Shown here: in pieces, positions 37,851 to 49,700 of the stretch
Layout of the letters: each line of letters opens with the position of its first letter
How positions within the stretch are numbered: position 1 is the first letter of the stretch
Source: Botryllus schlosseri
Lineage: Eukaryota
Length of the DNA stretch: 60,000 nt
Assembly (NCBI GenBank): GCA_051294905.1
Contig: CM119371.1
Location: 9,550,001-9,610,000 of the forward strand
Reading direction: 5' to 3'
The notes under the pieces: generated by a model
Databases searched by the model: none
Told to the model about the DNA's origin: nothing
The model's input: only the letters and a program-made list of their open reading frames with translations
Made by a program: the position numbers and the translations under genes

Positions 37851-38849
37851 GAAAACAAACTGTTTTATCCATTCTTGGAAATTTTGACTTTGACCATAAA
37901 ATTTTGGCGCTTCTTCGATGGCAGTCAGCGATCGAAAAGTGTTCACCATGGTCACCAATGAATGTTTTGCATGAACACGAATAAAAATTTATAAACGTCA
38001 AAATAAATTAGGTTTTTTTTGTGCCTTTGGAGAGACGGATATTAGGGTGGGGGAAAGGGAGATTGGAAGTGGATTAGGGTCAAAGTTGGGGTTAGGTATC
38101 CCAAGATTAGGGCTGAGGGATGTTAGGGAAGGGGGATATTAGGGTTAGGGGAAAGTGGGATTGGAGGTGGGTTGGGGTCCAAGTTGGGGTTAGGATATCC
38201 CAAGATTAGGGCTGGGAGAGTCGGGTATTAGGGTTGGGAGTTACCGAGTTAGCAGGATATTAGGATTGGAGGTGGGTTAGGGTCAAAGTTGGGGTAGGGC
38301 ATCTCAAGATTAGGGTTGGGGAAGGGGGTATGTTAGGGCTGCGGGAGAGGGGATATTAGGGTTGGGGGAAAGGGAGATTGGAGGTGGGTTAAACCCCGGT
38401 TAGGGGTAATCTAACCCCAAATTTTAACCTAAACCCTCTACCCTAATATCCTCCGTCCCGCAACCCTAATATCCCCCTAACCCCAACCCTAAAATTCCTC
38501 TCCCCAACCCTAATATCCCCCCTAACCCAACCCTAATTTTCCCCTCTCACACAACCCTAATATCCCCCCTTAACTAACCCTAATTTCCCCCTCTCACAAC
38601 CCTAATATCCCCCTCCCGCAACCCTGATATCCCCTCCCCCACCCTAATACTACAACCCTTATCTTGGGATACCCAAAACCCAACTTTTACCCTAACCCTC
38701 TCCAAACGCAAAAACAATGTATTTTGACGTTTATAAATTTTTATTCGTGTTCATGTAAAACATACATCGGTGATCACGGTGAACACTTTTCGATCTCTGA
38801 CTGCCATCGAAGAAGTGCCAACATTTTTACATAAACCAGTTTTGTTTTC
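37851..38849. mobile_element. Palindromic element with degenerate TTAGGG/CCCTAA-rich interior
   Basis: 37904-38005 is the reverse complement of 38720-38829; interior G-rich (ATTAGGGTTGGGG) to ~38410, then C-rich (CCCCAACCCTAAT). Confidence 0.8.
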
Positions 38850-38859
38850 AATTCACCTT

Positions 38860-39560
38860 GAACATTCAAGTTAATATCATAACACATTTGAATAAAATAT
38901 TCATATTTATTCCCGAAGCTTTTCGGCTGACCCTCGTCAGGCCGTCAGGGGATATCGTCAGAAGTATTGCGAGAATTCGAATAACTATGTTCAACACAAT
39001 ATGTATCGCTAATTATGACGTCACACAGAAAATATACAAAGTTAGTAAAGCGAGAGAACTGAAGCGTTGGCATGGGGATAGCGAAGCAAAACAAGTTAAT
39101 GCGTGATTTTCAAATGATGCACAAATTCTTTCTGTTGGCATAGACTAGGTTTACTCATAGTGATGATGGTGGTCTCAAGAACAGACAAATGAAATAAATT
39201 GCGACCCTTAGCCAATACAGAGAACATGTCCTCGTGGTAGTTAGCAGTACATGTATGATTTTCTAGTAAATGTTTGCCGATAGAAGAATTTTGAGCCATG
39301 GCCTGGTTATGTTCGAGAACAAGCGGATTGTCATGCTGCGATTTCGAGATATAAGATTTGACAGACGGTGGGATGTGTTCTTTAATACGGTCCTGCAACC
39401 GTTTGGAGGTTCTCCCTACGTACGGACAATCGTAGTGGCACTTGAATTCATAAACGACGTTACTTTGTTGTAAAGCTACTAGAAAATCATACATGTGCTG
39501 GTAACTATCACGAGGACATGTTCTCTATATTGGCTAAGGGTCGCAATTTATTTCATTTCA
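38860..39560 (-). mobile_element. 5'-truncated Penelope-like retroelement: GIY-YIG endonuclease C-terminus plus 3' pseudo-LTR with hammerhead motif
   Basis: ORF 39096-39494: NVVYEFKC..C.YVGRTSKRLQDRIKEH..SSIGKHLLEN..FSVL..LSVLE..I....PSLCQQKE (PLE GIY-YIG pattern); downstream CTGACGA..GAAA..TC core; inverted duplication at the 5' junction. Confidence 0.85.
38911..38952 (-). ncRNA. Minimal type I hammerhead ribozyme motif (PLE-associated)
   Basis: Minus strand UCCC[CUGACGGC]CUGACGA-GGGUCAGCC-GAAA-AGCU-UC-GGGA: conserved core boxes, short stem II, palindromic stem III (AAGCUU), UUC cleavage triplet. An 8-nt duplication separates stem I from the core in this copy. Confidence 0.6.
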
Positions 39561-39737
39561 AGTCTAATTCGTAGGCTAACGGTACATTACGGAACATACT
39601 AACATGAAAACGTACATCAAATTTCCAGAGAAAATTTTCCTAATCGCATAACATATCTTACTAGCTTAGTCAGCAGATATCATTCATCTGTGATACAATC
39701 TGCTATTGTGGTAGCCTGTTAACACTGCAATCATATC

Positions 39738-41417
39738 ATGGAGACTGTGGAAAAAGAAAGAGACGCAAAACTAGCTCCTTACTTACGGCAAGCGCACGCA
39801 ATGTTCCGCAACGGCTTCGAAGACGAGGAGATGAAGAAGATATTTTTGCGGAATACTTTCGAAGAGATATGCTCAAACGAACACAAGTTTTGCTTCGATA
39901 AATCGTTGAGCTTTTGTCTCGAAGAAATGATCAAAGAATCGGACATGGAAACGGTGTTGAAGTTTTTCGATTCTCTCTCCGGAGATTGGGAAGAGATCGC
40001 GCACAGCCCGAGCGGATCGCACGTCTTACAGACTATTTTCGGAAAAATTATTTCCGACATTGAACTTTCGAAAAAGCCGCACGAAAGCGACATTAAGTCT
40101 GAACTTTTGGGAATAATCAAACACTTCGTCACGCTAGTTGAGGGTAACCTCAACGAAATGATGAAAGATCCAAACGGATCCCACGTATTTCGCTCTTTGT
40201 ACCAAACGCTAGCCGGCGTACTGTTGTCAGATTCTCGTAAATCAGATTCGGAACCCGATATTATCCTCGCCAAAGGCAAGGTTCCCAAAAATTTTCTTAA
40301 AATGTTGAAAAAGCTTACGACCAACATCATTGAAGCACCGCGCTTCAACGAGCTTATCGGAAACGCACACGGCAGCGTGTGCATAGCGCTGATGGTCGAA
40401 GTGCTGCACAAGCGAAGTCTTATGAAAACTCAAGGTGTGTTCTGCGAAAAAATGTTGTCCCATTTGAAGGACGACAGCATGATTATCATGATGAAGGACA
40501 AGCACGCGAGCCGTATTTTTGAAAAAATTCTAAAGTTCGGCAACAAAAACACGAAAATAGCGTTAAGAAAAGTGCTTTTTGACGATGAAAAACGTTTTTT
40601 CGAACTGAGCGCACACCCTGTCGCTAATTATGTAGTGCAGCGTATGATATCGTCAGCACACGATTCTGAAGTGTTCAAAGAAGTATTTGACTACGTATGC
40701 CGTGGTTTTGAGGATATTCTCGAGAGCCAAAATTACGGAATCATGCAAAAACTGTGCGAGCAATGCCTCGAATATCCCGACACCCAGAAACAGTTCTACG
40801 ACAAGCTGCTAGAATCGTTTCATTGTACAGACATCGAGAAAAGAACAGCTTTCATCTCCCTGATATCAACACTACGCACTCACGATTCCTACTTCAACAG
40901 CAGCACAGCAAAGATCACATCTGTGGAATACCACGGCTCCGTCTTGCTTCAAACTTTGCTTAAATTCGACAACATAGGTCTGATCGCTAAAAGTATGAGC
41001 CACACTCCTGTTTCTGACATAGTGACGTTGGCTTGCGACGGTAGCGGCAGTCATTTTGTCGAAAGCTACTTGACAACGGACAAGTTGAAGTTCAAAGTAA
41101 AAAAAGAATTTTTGGAGAAAGTCGGAGACGGATGGCTCGCGATCGCTTGTGATAAATACGGCAGTCGGGTCGTTGAGAAGATGTGGGACGCTTCCGACAT
41201 CGCGGTCAAGCGTCTGTTGATTAAGATACTGTTAAAAAACGCCGACGCGATGGCCCAAGATCAGTTCGGCAAGTTCGTGTGTCGAAAGGTGCAAATGAAA
41301 CGCTACCAAACCAGGCCGGAAGAGTGGGAAAGCATACAGAAGGATATTTGTCAGAAGAGGAAGATGTTTGCGGATATTATCCCTAAAACTGACTCCGCGA
41401 AACGGGTTAAACGATGA
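39738..41417 (+). CDS. NOP9: Nucleolar protein 9 (Pumilio/PUF-repeat 18S rRNA maturation factor), 559 aa, single exon
   Basis: Long uninterrupted ORF with PUF-like repeats (GSHVLQT, GSHVFRSL, ASRIFEK, HPVANYVVQR, GSVLLQTLL, GSHFVE, LAIACDKYGSRVVEKMW) and NOP9-like C-terminus (FGKFVCRKV..Y..RPEEW). Confidence 0.88.
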   Translation: METVEKERDAKLAPYLRQAHAMFRNGFEDEEMKKIFLRNTFEEICSNEHKFCFDKSLSFCLEEMIKESDMETVLKFFDSLSGDWEEIAHSPSGSHVLQTIFGKIISDIELSKKPHESDIKSELLGIIKHFVTLVEGNLNEMMKDPNGSHVFRSLYQTLAGVLLSDSRKSDSEPDIILAKGKVPKNFLKMLKKLTTNIIEAPRFNELIGNAHGSVCIALMVEVLHKRSLMKTQGVFCEKMLSHLKDDSMIIMMKDKHASRIFEKILKFGNKNTKIALRKVLFDDEKRFFELSAHPVANYVVQRMISSAHDSEVFKEVFDYVCRGFEDILESQNYGIMQKLCEQCLEYPDTQKQFYDKLLESFHCTDIEKRTAFISLISTLRTHDSYFNSSTAKITSVEYHGSVLLQTLLKFDNIGLIAKSMSHTPVSDIVTLACDGSGSHFVESYLTTDKLKFKVKKEFLEKVGDGWLAIACDKYGSRVVEKMWDASDIAVKRLLIKILLKNADAMAQDQFGKFVCRKVQMKRYQTRPEEWESIQKDICQKRKMFADIIPKTDSAKRVKR

Positions 41418-41639
41418 TACGTTGTTGTGTGGGATGTTCGTGAAATGTGGTGCACATTATGTGCCCCATTTTATTTGGAAGTTTGCCCGCAATTATTTGT
41501 GCGATCCTCCGGTCCCTGACTTGGCAAAATCAAGTACCTCAGTGTTTCGATTTCTAATCGAATGTTAGGGCTCTGCGTTGTGTATTCTTGAACCACTTGT
41601 TATAACGTCAAAACGACATGAATGACTTCAGTTTAGCTA

Positions 41640-42419
41640 CCGTAATTTACCGAATATAGGGCGCACCCATGCAGAATACGCATCCTTTAAATGATGTGTA
41701 TATTCTGGGAAAAAGCCTGTATAGTACGCACCCTGCATTCGCAGTACATGAATAGTTGCGGTTTAATATTCGATGTTGTTCTGTTTTGCGATGTCACTGT
41801 CCCACAATCATGACATAATGATAGCTAATCATAATACAATTAACGGCATTGTCTCTAAGTGAGAGTATAGATAGTAGCCAAAGCCTGTGAGGTCTGCGAC
41901 GCGATAGCGCAGGCTAGCGACACACGACATCTTGCGCACGAGGTTAATTACAATTACAGATGCGATTGCTCAGGCGAACGGTTATATCGGGCGCACCAGT
42001 CCTGTTGGAGATGCGACTGACTACGCAAGCCATTATATCTTGCGCACATGGCCTCTTGTGTATGCGATTTGTTAAGGCATGTCGTTGACGCGATAAATCA
42101 GCAGGGATTGTCCCGCACGCTTGTAGCAATCAGCGACCTGATTTCGCTCGGGTACAAACGGCAAATTGGAAACACGCTTTTCGTTAATTGGCAACAAGCT
42201 TCTCTATTTGGCAGCGCGTTACACTCTATAATACGAATTACGGGGCCCAATGGCTAGAGGTGATGCACAATTTAAACAAACATGAAGAAAGGTGTGGGTT
42301 CAAGTTTTTGATCGAGGGATATTTTTTTCAAGGCTTGTTGTACCCATGTATAATACGCACCCCCCTATTTTAGGGCAAAAATCGGTAAAGTTTTGCGCAT
42401 TATACATGGAAAACTACGG
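41640..42419. mobile_element. Tc1/mariner-type MITE (CCGTA..TACGG, TA TSD)
   Basis: TA|CCGTAATTTACCG ... GGAAAACTACGG|TA; second copy at 51508-52165. Confidence 0.82.
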
Positions 42420-43750
42420 TAACTATTGTTCATACGACCTTGAATAAAATATGGCCAGCTGTTCTACGTTAACAAAAATTTTGGTATTTTTCGACCATGT
42501 TGTTGTTGACTGTAAGATATCGGGACACTACATATTTGACCCTGTGTGCTACCTGTTCATGGTGGAAAAGCACGTGGTTAACCTGTGAGTGTGTCCAGGG
42601 ATCTCTGATCTCTTAATTAAGACGCGATCTTTGTTGGTCTTGTACATAATTTGTTTTTAGTGCTCCAAGTAATTTATAAGCACCGTATTCATCTATGGAT
42701 AATAAATGCGTTGGGATCACGAAAATCACAATTCTATTTATCATGATAGCTAGTCAGACCCGATTTTGGCCAAAATTCGTGTTTTTTGATACCTGCTGTA
42801 CTCGATAACGTCAAAATAACCGAAATCTTTCTGCCTGTTTTGTCCTTTGCGACAGTTTGTTGTGTAATGATATCTTGGCAAAAAGACATTGATTCGGTGC
42901 CAAATATTTATCAAGTGCTGCTCAAATTACTTGGACAGCCTACAATTGATCCATAATTCGAAATGTCCTGAATTGATGCTCATTAAATTTCATGTTACCG
43001 CCATATTTTGGGGTTATTATTATGACTTTTTCAACGTCAATTATTTCATGCAAATTTCCAGCTTCAAAAAAAGTTTTCCATACAGCTAACAAAGTTTTAT
43101 GGACATTTTTGTGATGTGATTAGTATTGATTGATTAGTACATTGGGCTTAAGCGCTCTCCCAGCCCCGAATATTCGAAATTTCGTGCCGGTGATGTCATA
43201 TTTTGTGATAATATTGTTGATAGACAATGTTCTCACCAATCCTCTGCTAATTGCTGAAGATTTACCCCATGGAGAGTGTCAGCCGAAAATGTTTGGGTTT
43301 ATTTCAACATCAATATACTCTTCAATTGTATGGCCTGTTCCGTATTTCCATGAAGATTTTCAAGTAGTGTGATTAGCTGACGTATAGCTGCTGCTGAACC
43401 TGATTTGAATGGTACAGTTTTATCATGATATTTCAGTCTGTTTTAATGACCAAGTCTGGCATGTGTAACCTGCTTGCCACCATTGCTAAATGCGGTTAGT
43501 TGGTATATAGCTGCTATTGAACCTGATTCGAACTGCCGTTTTCTTGTGATATATTGGAATGTTTCAATGACCATGTCTTGCGTATGCAGCCAGATTTCAG
43601 TCGTTGCTAATTATGACCGTCACATTTGATGCTTTCCGGGACATTTCGTTAATGACACCATCACATGATGTTTGATAACGAATTTATTGCTTTGGTGCTA
43701 GGTTAGATATAGTAGATATTAGAATAGTTTATTAAAATATTGTAATTGCC

Positions 43751-46700
43751 ATGGGATCTGGTGATGAGGGTGATAAGGACGCAAGCGCCGTGGCTGGGGA
43801 GAAAAGGAAAATAGAAGACAGTGACCCGGTAGAGGAAGAAGAGGGAGGAGATGAATGGGTCGGGCCATTGCCGTCGGAAGCGGTTAAAGTGAAGAAACGT
43901 AAAGGTATAGAATTTATTGCAGAAGTGGTCCAAGTAGTTGTAGTTGCTGTTCAAGTAGAAGTAAGAGTAATGCCTGAATTTACACAATTATAAGCAAAAG
44001 TTGGCAATTTAAAGACATGTCAAAACTACTTTAAGTAGAAAATTTTCATCCGAAACTTCTCAAGTAACTAGTTTCTAAAAGTAGCTTTGGTGGAGGGCGG
44101 GGTTGTAACCAAGTCTCAAATTCCTGAGCCGCAAGTCAATCCTACTCTCATTGGTTTTACTTGAGTCGGGTCGCTTCATTTTTAATTCACTCCGAGTCCA
44201 AGTCAGGGTTCTAAGGTTCAGGAGACTAGCAAATCCAAATTTTGGAAGACATCGAAATTTTCAATTTTTTTTCCCGGTTTGAAATAGCAACATTGTACCT
44301 ATACTCTTGCCTCATGGCCTTGTCTTACCCAAAACATAACTAATAACTTCATAATTTCGATTGTCATCGCCGCCGGTTTATTTTCTTTTATTACTGGTAA
44401 AATGTTTATCAACGGTTTTTCCATTGTAAAATTTTGTTGAGCAGCTTCATGGTAAATCAAAAATTCGTATGACATATATGTCGTATAGTAGCCTATTCGC
44501 TCAGGGGTTTGTGAAAAGCTAACTTCGAGACCTACGTCGTGCTAAGAGTCGTTCGGCCTAGGTCTACCTTGCTCAGTTGCTCTGAATTATAGAGTTTCGC
44601 AGCAAACTTTTTGAAAAAATGACCTGAATTTTGAAATTTCAAAGTGAAATTTGTCCAAGAGGGGTTGCACTTGTTCATTCAAATTTTAGGGTAACACAGC
44701 ACTGTCCTAGTAGTTCCTAAAGAAGGCGGTAGATTGAAAAAGGGTCTTCACATTTTTGGGATTTTGCATTCCCTGTGTCGGTGCATTTTTTCTCCTTTGA
44801 ATCCACAATGTGCAGGGTGGAACAAATTTTTTTGTTCTTTGTATATAGCATAGCGACATCTAGCTAATGTGAAAATTTTATGGTGATGGGGTAGCCATCT
44901 GAAAGTTGGGTTTTTGACTTGCTAGTCTCCTTGAGTCCGCGTCACAACGTTCAGACTAGGGTTGGGACTTCGGGATCAAATTTGAAAGCCCGGGATCGGG
45001 ATTTCCCGGAATTGCAAAAGTAGTAAAATACACATACAAGCTACACAAACAACATTTATTCCTTGCAATAATGACGCAAAAACACGCAAGCATCAAGAGT
45101 ATCATCGTTCCGACCAGGGGTCTCAAACTAAAATGTGCTCGCGGGCCAATTTCATAGTTTATGATGACGCCTCGGAGGGTAGCATCAAATAGTGGTATGA
45201 TATGTATTTCCAAGAAGGCCTTATTTGACGGACTTTGCAGACTGGCATTTCATACACACTGAAATTGTGATTCACTATTTTGATATTCACGTTTGCCACG
45301 AAAAAGTAATATTTTATTAAAAATATTGTTGTGCTTGGCAAAATTTGGCGAAATAATGAGTTACAGACAATTGGACACCATGCAAGACGACAAATGCATC
45401 ATGTCATCGTAAAAGCTGTCGCGTTACAATTTCGCAGCTGGCGGACATTTGGCATATGATAGCGATTCAGGTTTTTGGAGTGGTTTTAGAGTGAATTCTA
45501 AGTTCTCAAATCCGAAATAAGATATTTTCCATTTGAATACTGTCGAGTACTTGAAAATTTAAAATGCCGACACGGGCCGCGTGTTTCAGACCGCTGTTTC
45601 AGACAATCAGCCAAGTTTGTGACACGACTTTATTACCAAAATATGAGATATCGCGCACTGTAAGCCTTGGTACATGATGTTTACACATCCCGGGATTTCA
45701 TTGGGATTAATCCCGGGATCGGGATTGGTTGAAATCCCGGGATTCCGGGATCGGGATTACCCGGGGTCCCAACGCTAGTTGAGACGCGAGTCCCAAGTCA
45801 TGGTACTCGCTGTTGATTCTCGAGTTGAATCCAACTTCCTTCATTATACAACTCTGTTTTGGGGGCAGGCCTATTGAATGCCCAACATTCACAATGTAGC
45901 AATTTTCCTTACAGTTTCGGACCTTATTTTACAACACCAGTACTGACAGGCGAAATACGATTACTGTGGTGCTTACTATTCTACGAAGTTGGCCGTCCCA
46001 GTCTTGAGTCATGTGACTTGCTCGAGTCCTGCGCAACGGCTCGAGTAGCCTATACAAGTCGAGTAAATACACAAATCGCCCTCAGTAAAGTCATTTTACA
46101 TACCGGTATTTTAGAAAAGATATAGCGAACACAGTCAAGTCACGATTCAATTCATTACAGCTCAGCCCTGTCTGAAAGCTCTCAAGTAACCAGTTTCAAA
46201 ATGTAGTTTCGGGATAAGGGGAGGGAATGGTGGGATCACATTCTTTTGAAATCGCATAATGTGTCATAAACAAGATGACGTAATAAACATCTTGTGGTCA
46301 ATTTTCCAGTTTTGGAGTACGAGCAAGTGTACATCGACAACCTTCCTTGCGCCGATCGTTACGAGAAAAGCTACATGCACCGGGACGCACTCACCCATTG
46401 CGCAGTCACAAAGACGGATTTCGTGATCACGACAAGCATGGACGGACACGTCAAGTTTTGGAAGAAATGCGAAGTCGGCGTGGAATTTGTGAAGCATTTC
46501 AGGTTTGCGCTAGGGACCCAGTGGATTTTGCGGTTTGAGAATCAGAATTGGATTGAGCAGAATATGTTTTATTTTCCTAAATCTACTATTGAATAGTATA
46601 TTCATATCGAAATGAACCCGAATATTTTCGGCTGACACTCGTCGGGGTCTCGTATTTGAAATTCCATGTTGGTGACGTCATATTTTGTGATACGATTGTT

Positions 46701-49700
46701 GATATACGATGGTCTTTTCCAATTCTCCACTAGTGGCTGTCGAGTGTCAGCCGAAAACAGTCGGGTTCAGTTCAATATGAATATACTATTCAATTGTATA
46801 TTGAACTTATGTACCTCCAAGAAGCTCTGTTCTAAATCTGAATTGAATCTGGTTTCAAAATGTGAAAATACGGCATATATCCCAAGCGGTTAAGAACTAC
46901 TGCACTGCTCGAAGTGTGTTCCGCTATGTATTGAAATGTCTGTACGTCCCAGCGCAGCATGTCAGCACTCTCATGACCAGTGTCGTTTTCACAGGGCTCA
47001 CTTGAATGCGATAACGTGCATGGCCGTCAACTCGCAGGGCACTTTGATGTGCACCGTGGCTGAAGACATGGCGATGAAGGTCTTCGACGTGATCAACTTT
47101 GATATGATCAACATGTTAAAATTAGGGTAAGTGCCTTAGTTGTGTGTGTTTTGTTTGAATTCCATCTGGTCCTGATTTTGTAAAATCTTGCAGCTACCAG
47201 CCTAGCGTTTGCGAATGGGTAATGTCGCCCGGTAGTCACCTATCTGCCGTAGCCGTTGCGCAGAAAGATTCCGGCACTATACGGGTGTACGATGGAAGGT
47301 TAGTGTCATATATTTTAAAACGAGACGTTCGCTGTTCTACAGAAATGATGCTAGAATGCCTATGCTGGAATGTCTTCATCATGAGCCTTGGTTTGAACGC
47401 ACAACATGGGATTTTCAGAAGCTTGTTGGGATCATGCTTGGTCCTTTCTCTTGACTCTGGCCTGTTTGTGAGATTTCCTTTGAACCGACATTCGTTTCAA
47501 CCAGTGGTTCCCAGCCTTTTACGAGTCGCCGCCCCCTTATCAAGCTTGACACAAATTTTCGCCCCCCATATTTACGGATCCGAAAAACGTGAAATTTATT
47601 CACCTAATTCTGATCGCTGTTGAATTGACTAGAAAAAGGTCATCTTTGCTAGTAGATGCTCAGCAAACGGATTTCCACGTCTACTTTCCGTTCAGTCGAC
47701 CTATTTTTTAGTCGACTTTCGCGGCATATGCAGAATGAGCCGTCTTCACGTGTATTTTTGGCCATATGTTGATTAAATACATCTATCTCGCTGGACATTC
47801 TAACATGATCGGCGATCATTGGTCGCCCTCTCTGGTATTTTTGCCCCTATTTTTCTCGAAATCGCTCACTGGGGATGATATTGCCAGGGTTGTAACCAAG
47901 TCACGAGTCAATCTCACTTTCATAGTTTCGACTCGAGTCAAGTCGAGTCATTTTCAATTCACCACCGAGTCAAGGTCCGAGTCCAAGTCAGCGAGCAGAG
48001 GGCCGTGTTATTATGACCAATGTTCCCTCTAATTTTTGACGAGTCTGCGCACTCTCACCAATGCACTGCGCAGACCCTTGTAAAATGGTTCGTAACAACT
48101 CAAAAAAGGTCGTCACTGCAGATTTCTTTTGCGCAACTTAGATTTTCTGTGCGCAGAGACCGTGAAAGTACTGCGCACGTGTGCAGCTTAGAGGGAACAT
48201 TGATTATGACTCGAGTCCGATTCCAAGTCATTGTGTTGACTGCTCAGTTTCTAGTTCAAGTCTTGTTGAACCCAATTTTTATAACTCTGTGTGTTGATAT
48301 CGAATGGTTCGCATTTATATTATACTGGTTTTCCCTCACTTTTAGCAGTCTCTGGTAGGATTTTCAAGTACCAGTACCAATAGACGAAATCCCAATGGTG
48401 TGGTTACTTCATTATTTGTTGAAATTACTATGAAATGTTGGTCTTGGCCGTCCGAGTCTCGAGTGAGTCGAGTCATATGATTTGGATCCGAGTCCTGCAC
48501 AATGACTCGCGTCCAAGTCGAGTCTTTTCTGTACGGTATGTTTAGAAAATGACTGAGTCATGCCAAGTCATCAGAAAATTGTGACTCGAGTGGGACTCGC
48601 CCGCGTTGGGAACCACTGGTTTAAACGCAAGTTCAAGTTGAAACGTTGACTCATCGACAAGATGAGCGTATTCTACAATTTAAGAATCCAAATCTGAGCT
48701 GGCAGTATATATAAGGCCTATTTTGTTCCAAAATTTTCAATTTCAATATCCCATTGCAGTCACAGGATGCAAAATCCTTTGATTTTTCAACTCATTGAAC
48801 ATTTTCAATACCTAAGCATCTGAGTATTGGAAAAGTTACATCTTATGTTACCAGCTAAAGATCACTGTAATCTCTAACTTGAATACTAAGTCTGGAAACG
48901 TAATATGATAATATTCAATCCTGATTTTCAAAAACAGCAGGATCTACTCTGAATTCAATCCCAATCGTAATTTTGCTCGGCGCTGAATAACTCGCTCACC
49001 ATCGCTTTTAGAGGCTCAAACGAACCGATACACGTTCTGGACAAGTTGCACGGCCAGACAGTCACAGGAATTAAGTACGATCCCATTCACAAAGTCGCCA
49101 TTTCGACCGACAGCCAAGGGATGATCGAATATTGGTCAGGTGAGACGGATGCTAAGCCAGGGATCACCAACTCGGTGCTTGCGGGCGACAGGGCATCCGC
49201 AAGAACCAAATGCGTCGTCCGCGGTCGCGGTAGCAAATATTCAAATGAACATAGGTCAGTCAACCCTAAGGAACATACGAGCGCAGTTTTCGATCGGAGC
49301 TTTGCTCGTCTTCGCCCACGCTAAGGGACTTAATGGGTATCTAGTTGATATTCCCGAGTCTTGTCGCGGAGATTAAGTGAAAAGATCCAACTGAGAACGG
49401 CTAATGGTGGGAGTAACTTGTAGTCCGTCACAATAATCAGTACCCAAGAAGAGGCTCTTGGTTTCAAAGAGGTTGGTGACCACTATGCTCTGCAATAGTG
49501 TTGCTTCTTCCATATGGATCTGTTTCTGGGAATGCCATCTAAGGAACACTGAAGTTGCTCGTTATTTGAATTCCTTATAATTATTCAAGCTGGGCATAAC
49601 GGTTTCCCGTACTAGAATCCAAATTTAGTATCAATTCTGATGATTCGAGTGTACACAATTCTGCTTGGTTGCGTTGCAGACGTGTCAGGCGGCATCTTCA

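Noticed and set aside
38040..38700. Ancestral telomere-telomere fusion
   Set aside because: Repeats are highly degenerate and enclosed by unique inverted arms typical of a dispersed palindromic element.
39779..40411. 210-aa antisense ORF
   Set aside because: Shadow of the NOP9 coding strand.
42188..42373. Short ORF repeated at 51936-52118
   Set aside because: Both lie inside copies of the same Tc1/mariner-type MITE; no transposase motifs seen.
41417..43751. NOP9-PPWD1 operon or trans-spliced pair
   Set aside because: Same strand, but 2.3 kb apart with TE insertions; there is no sequence evidence for polycistronic transcription.
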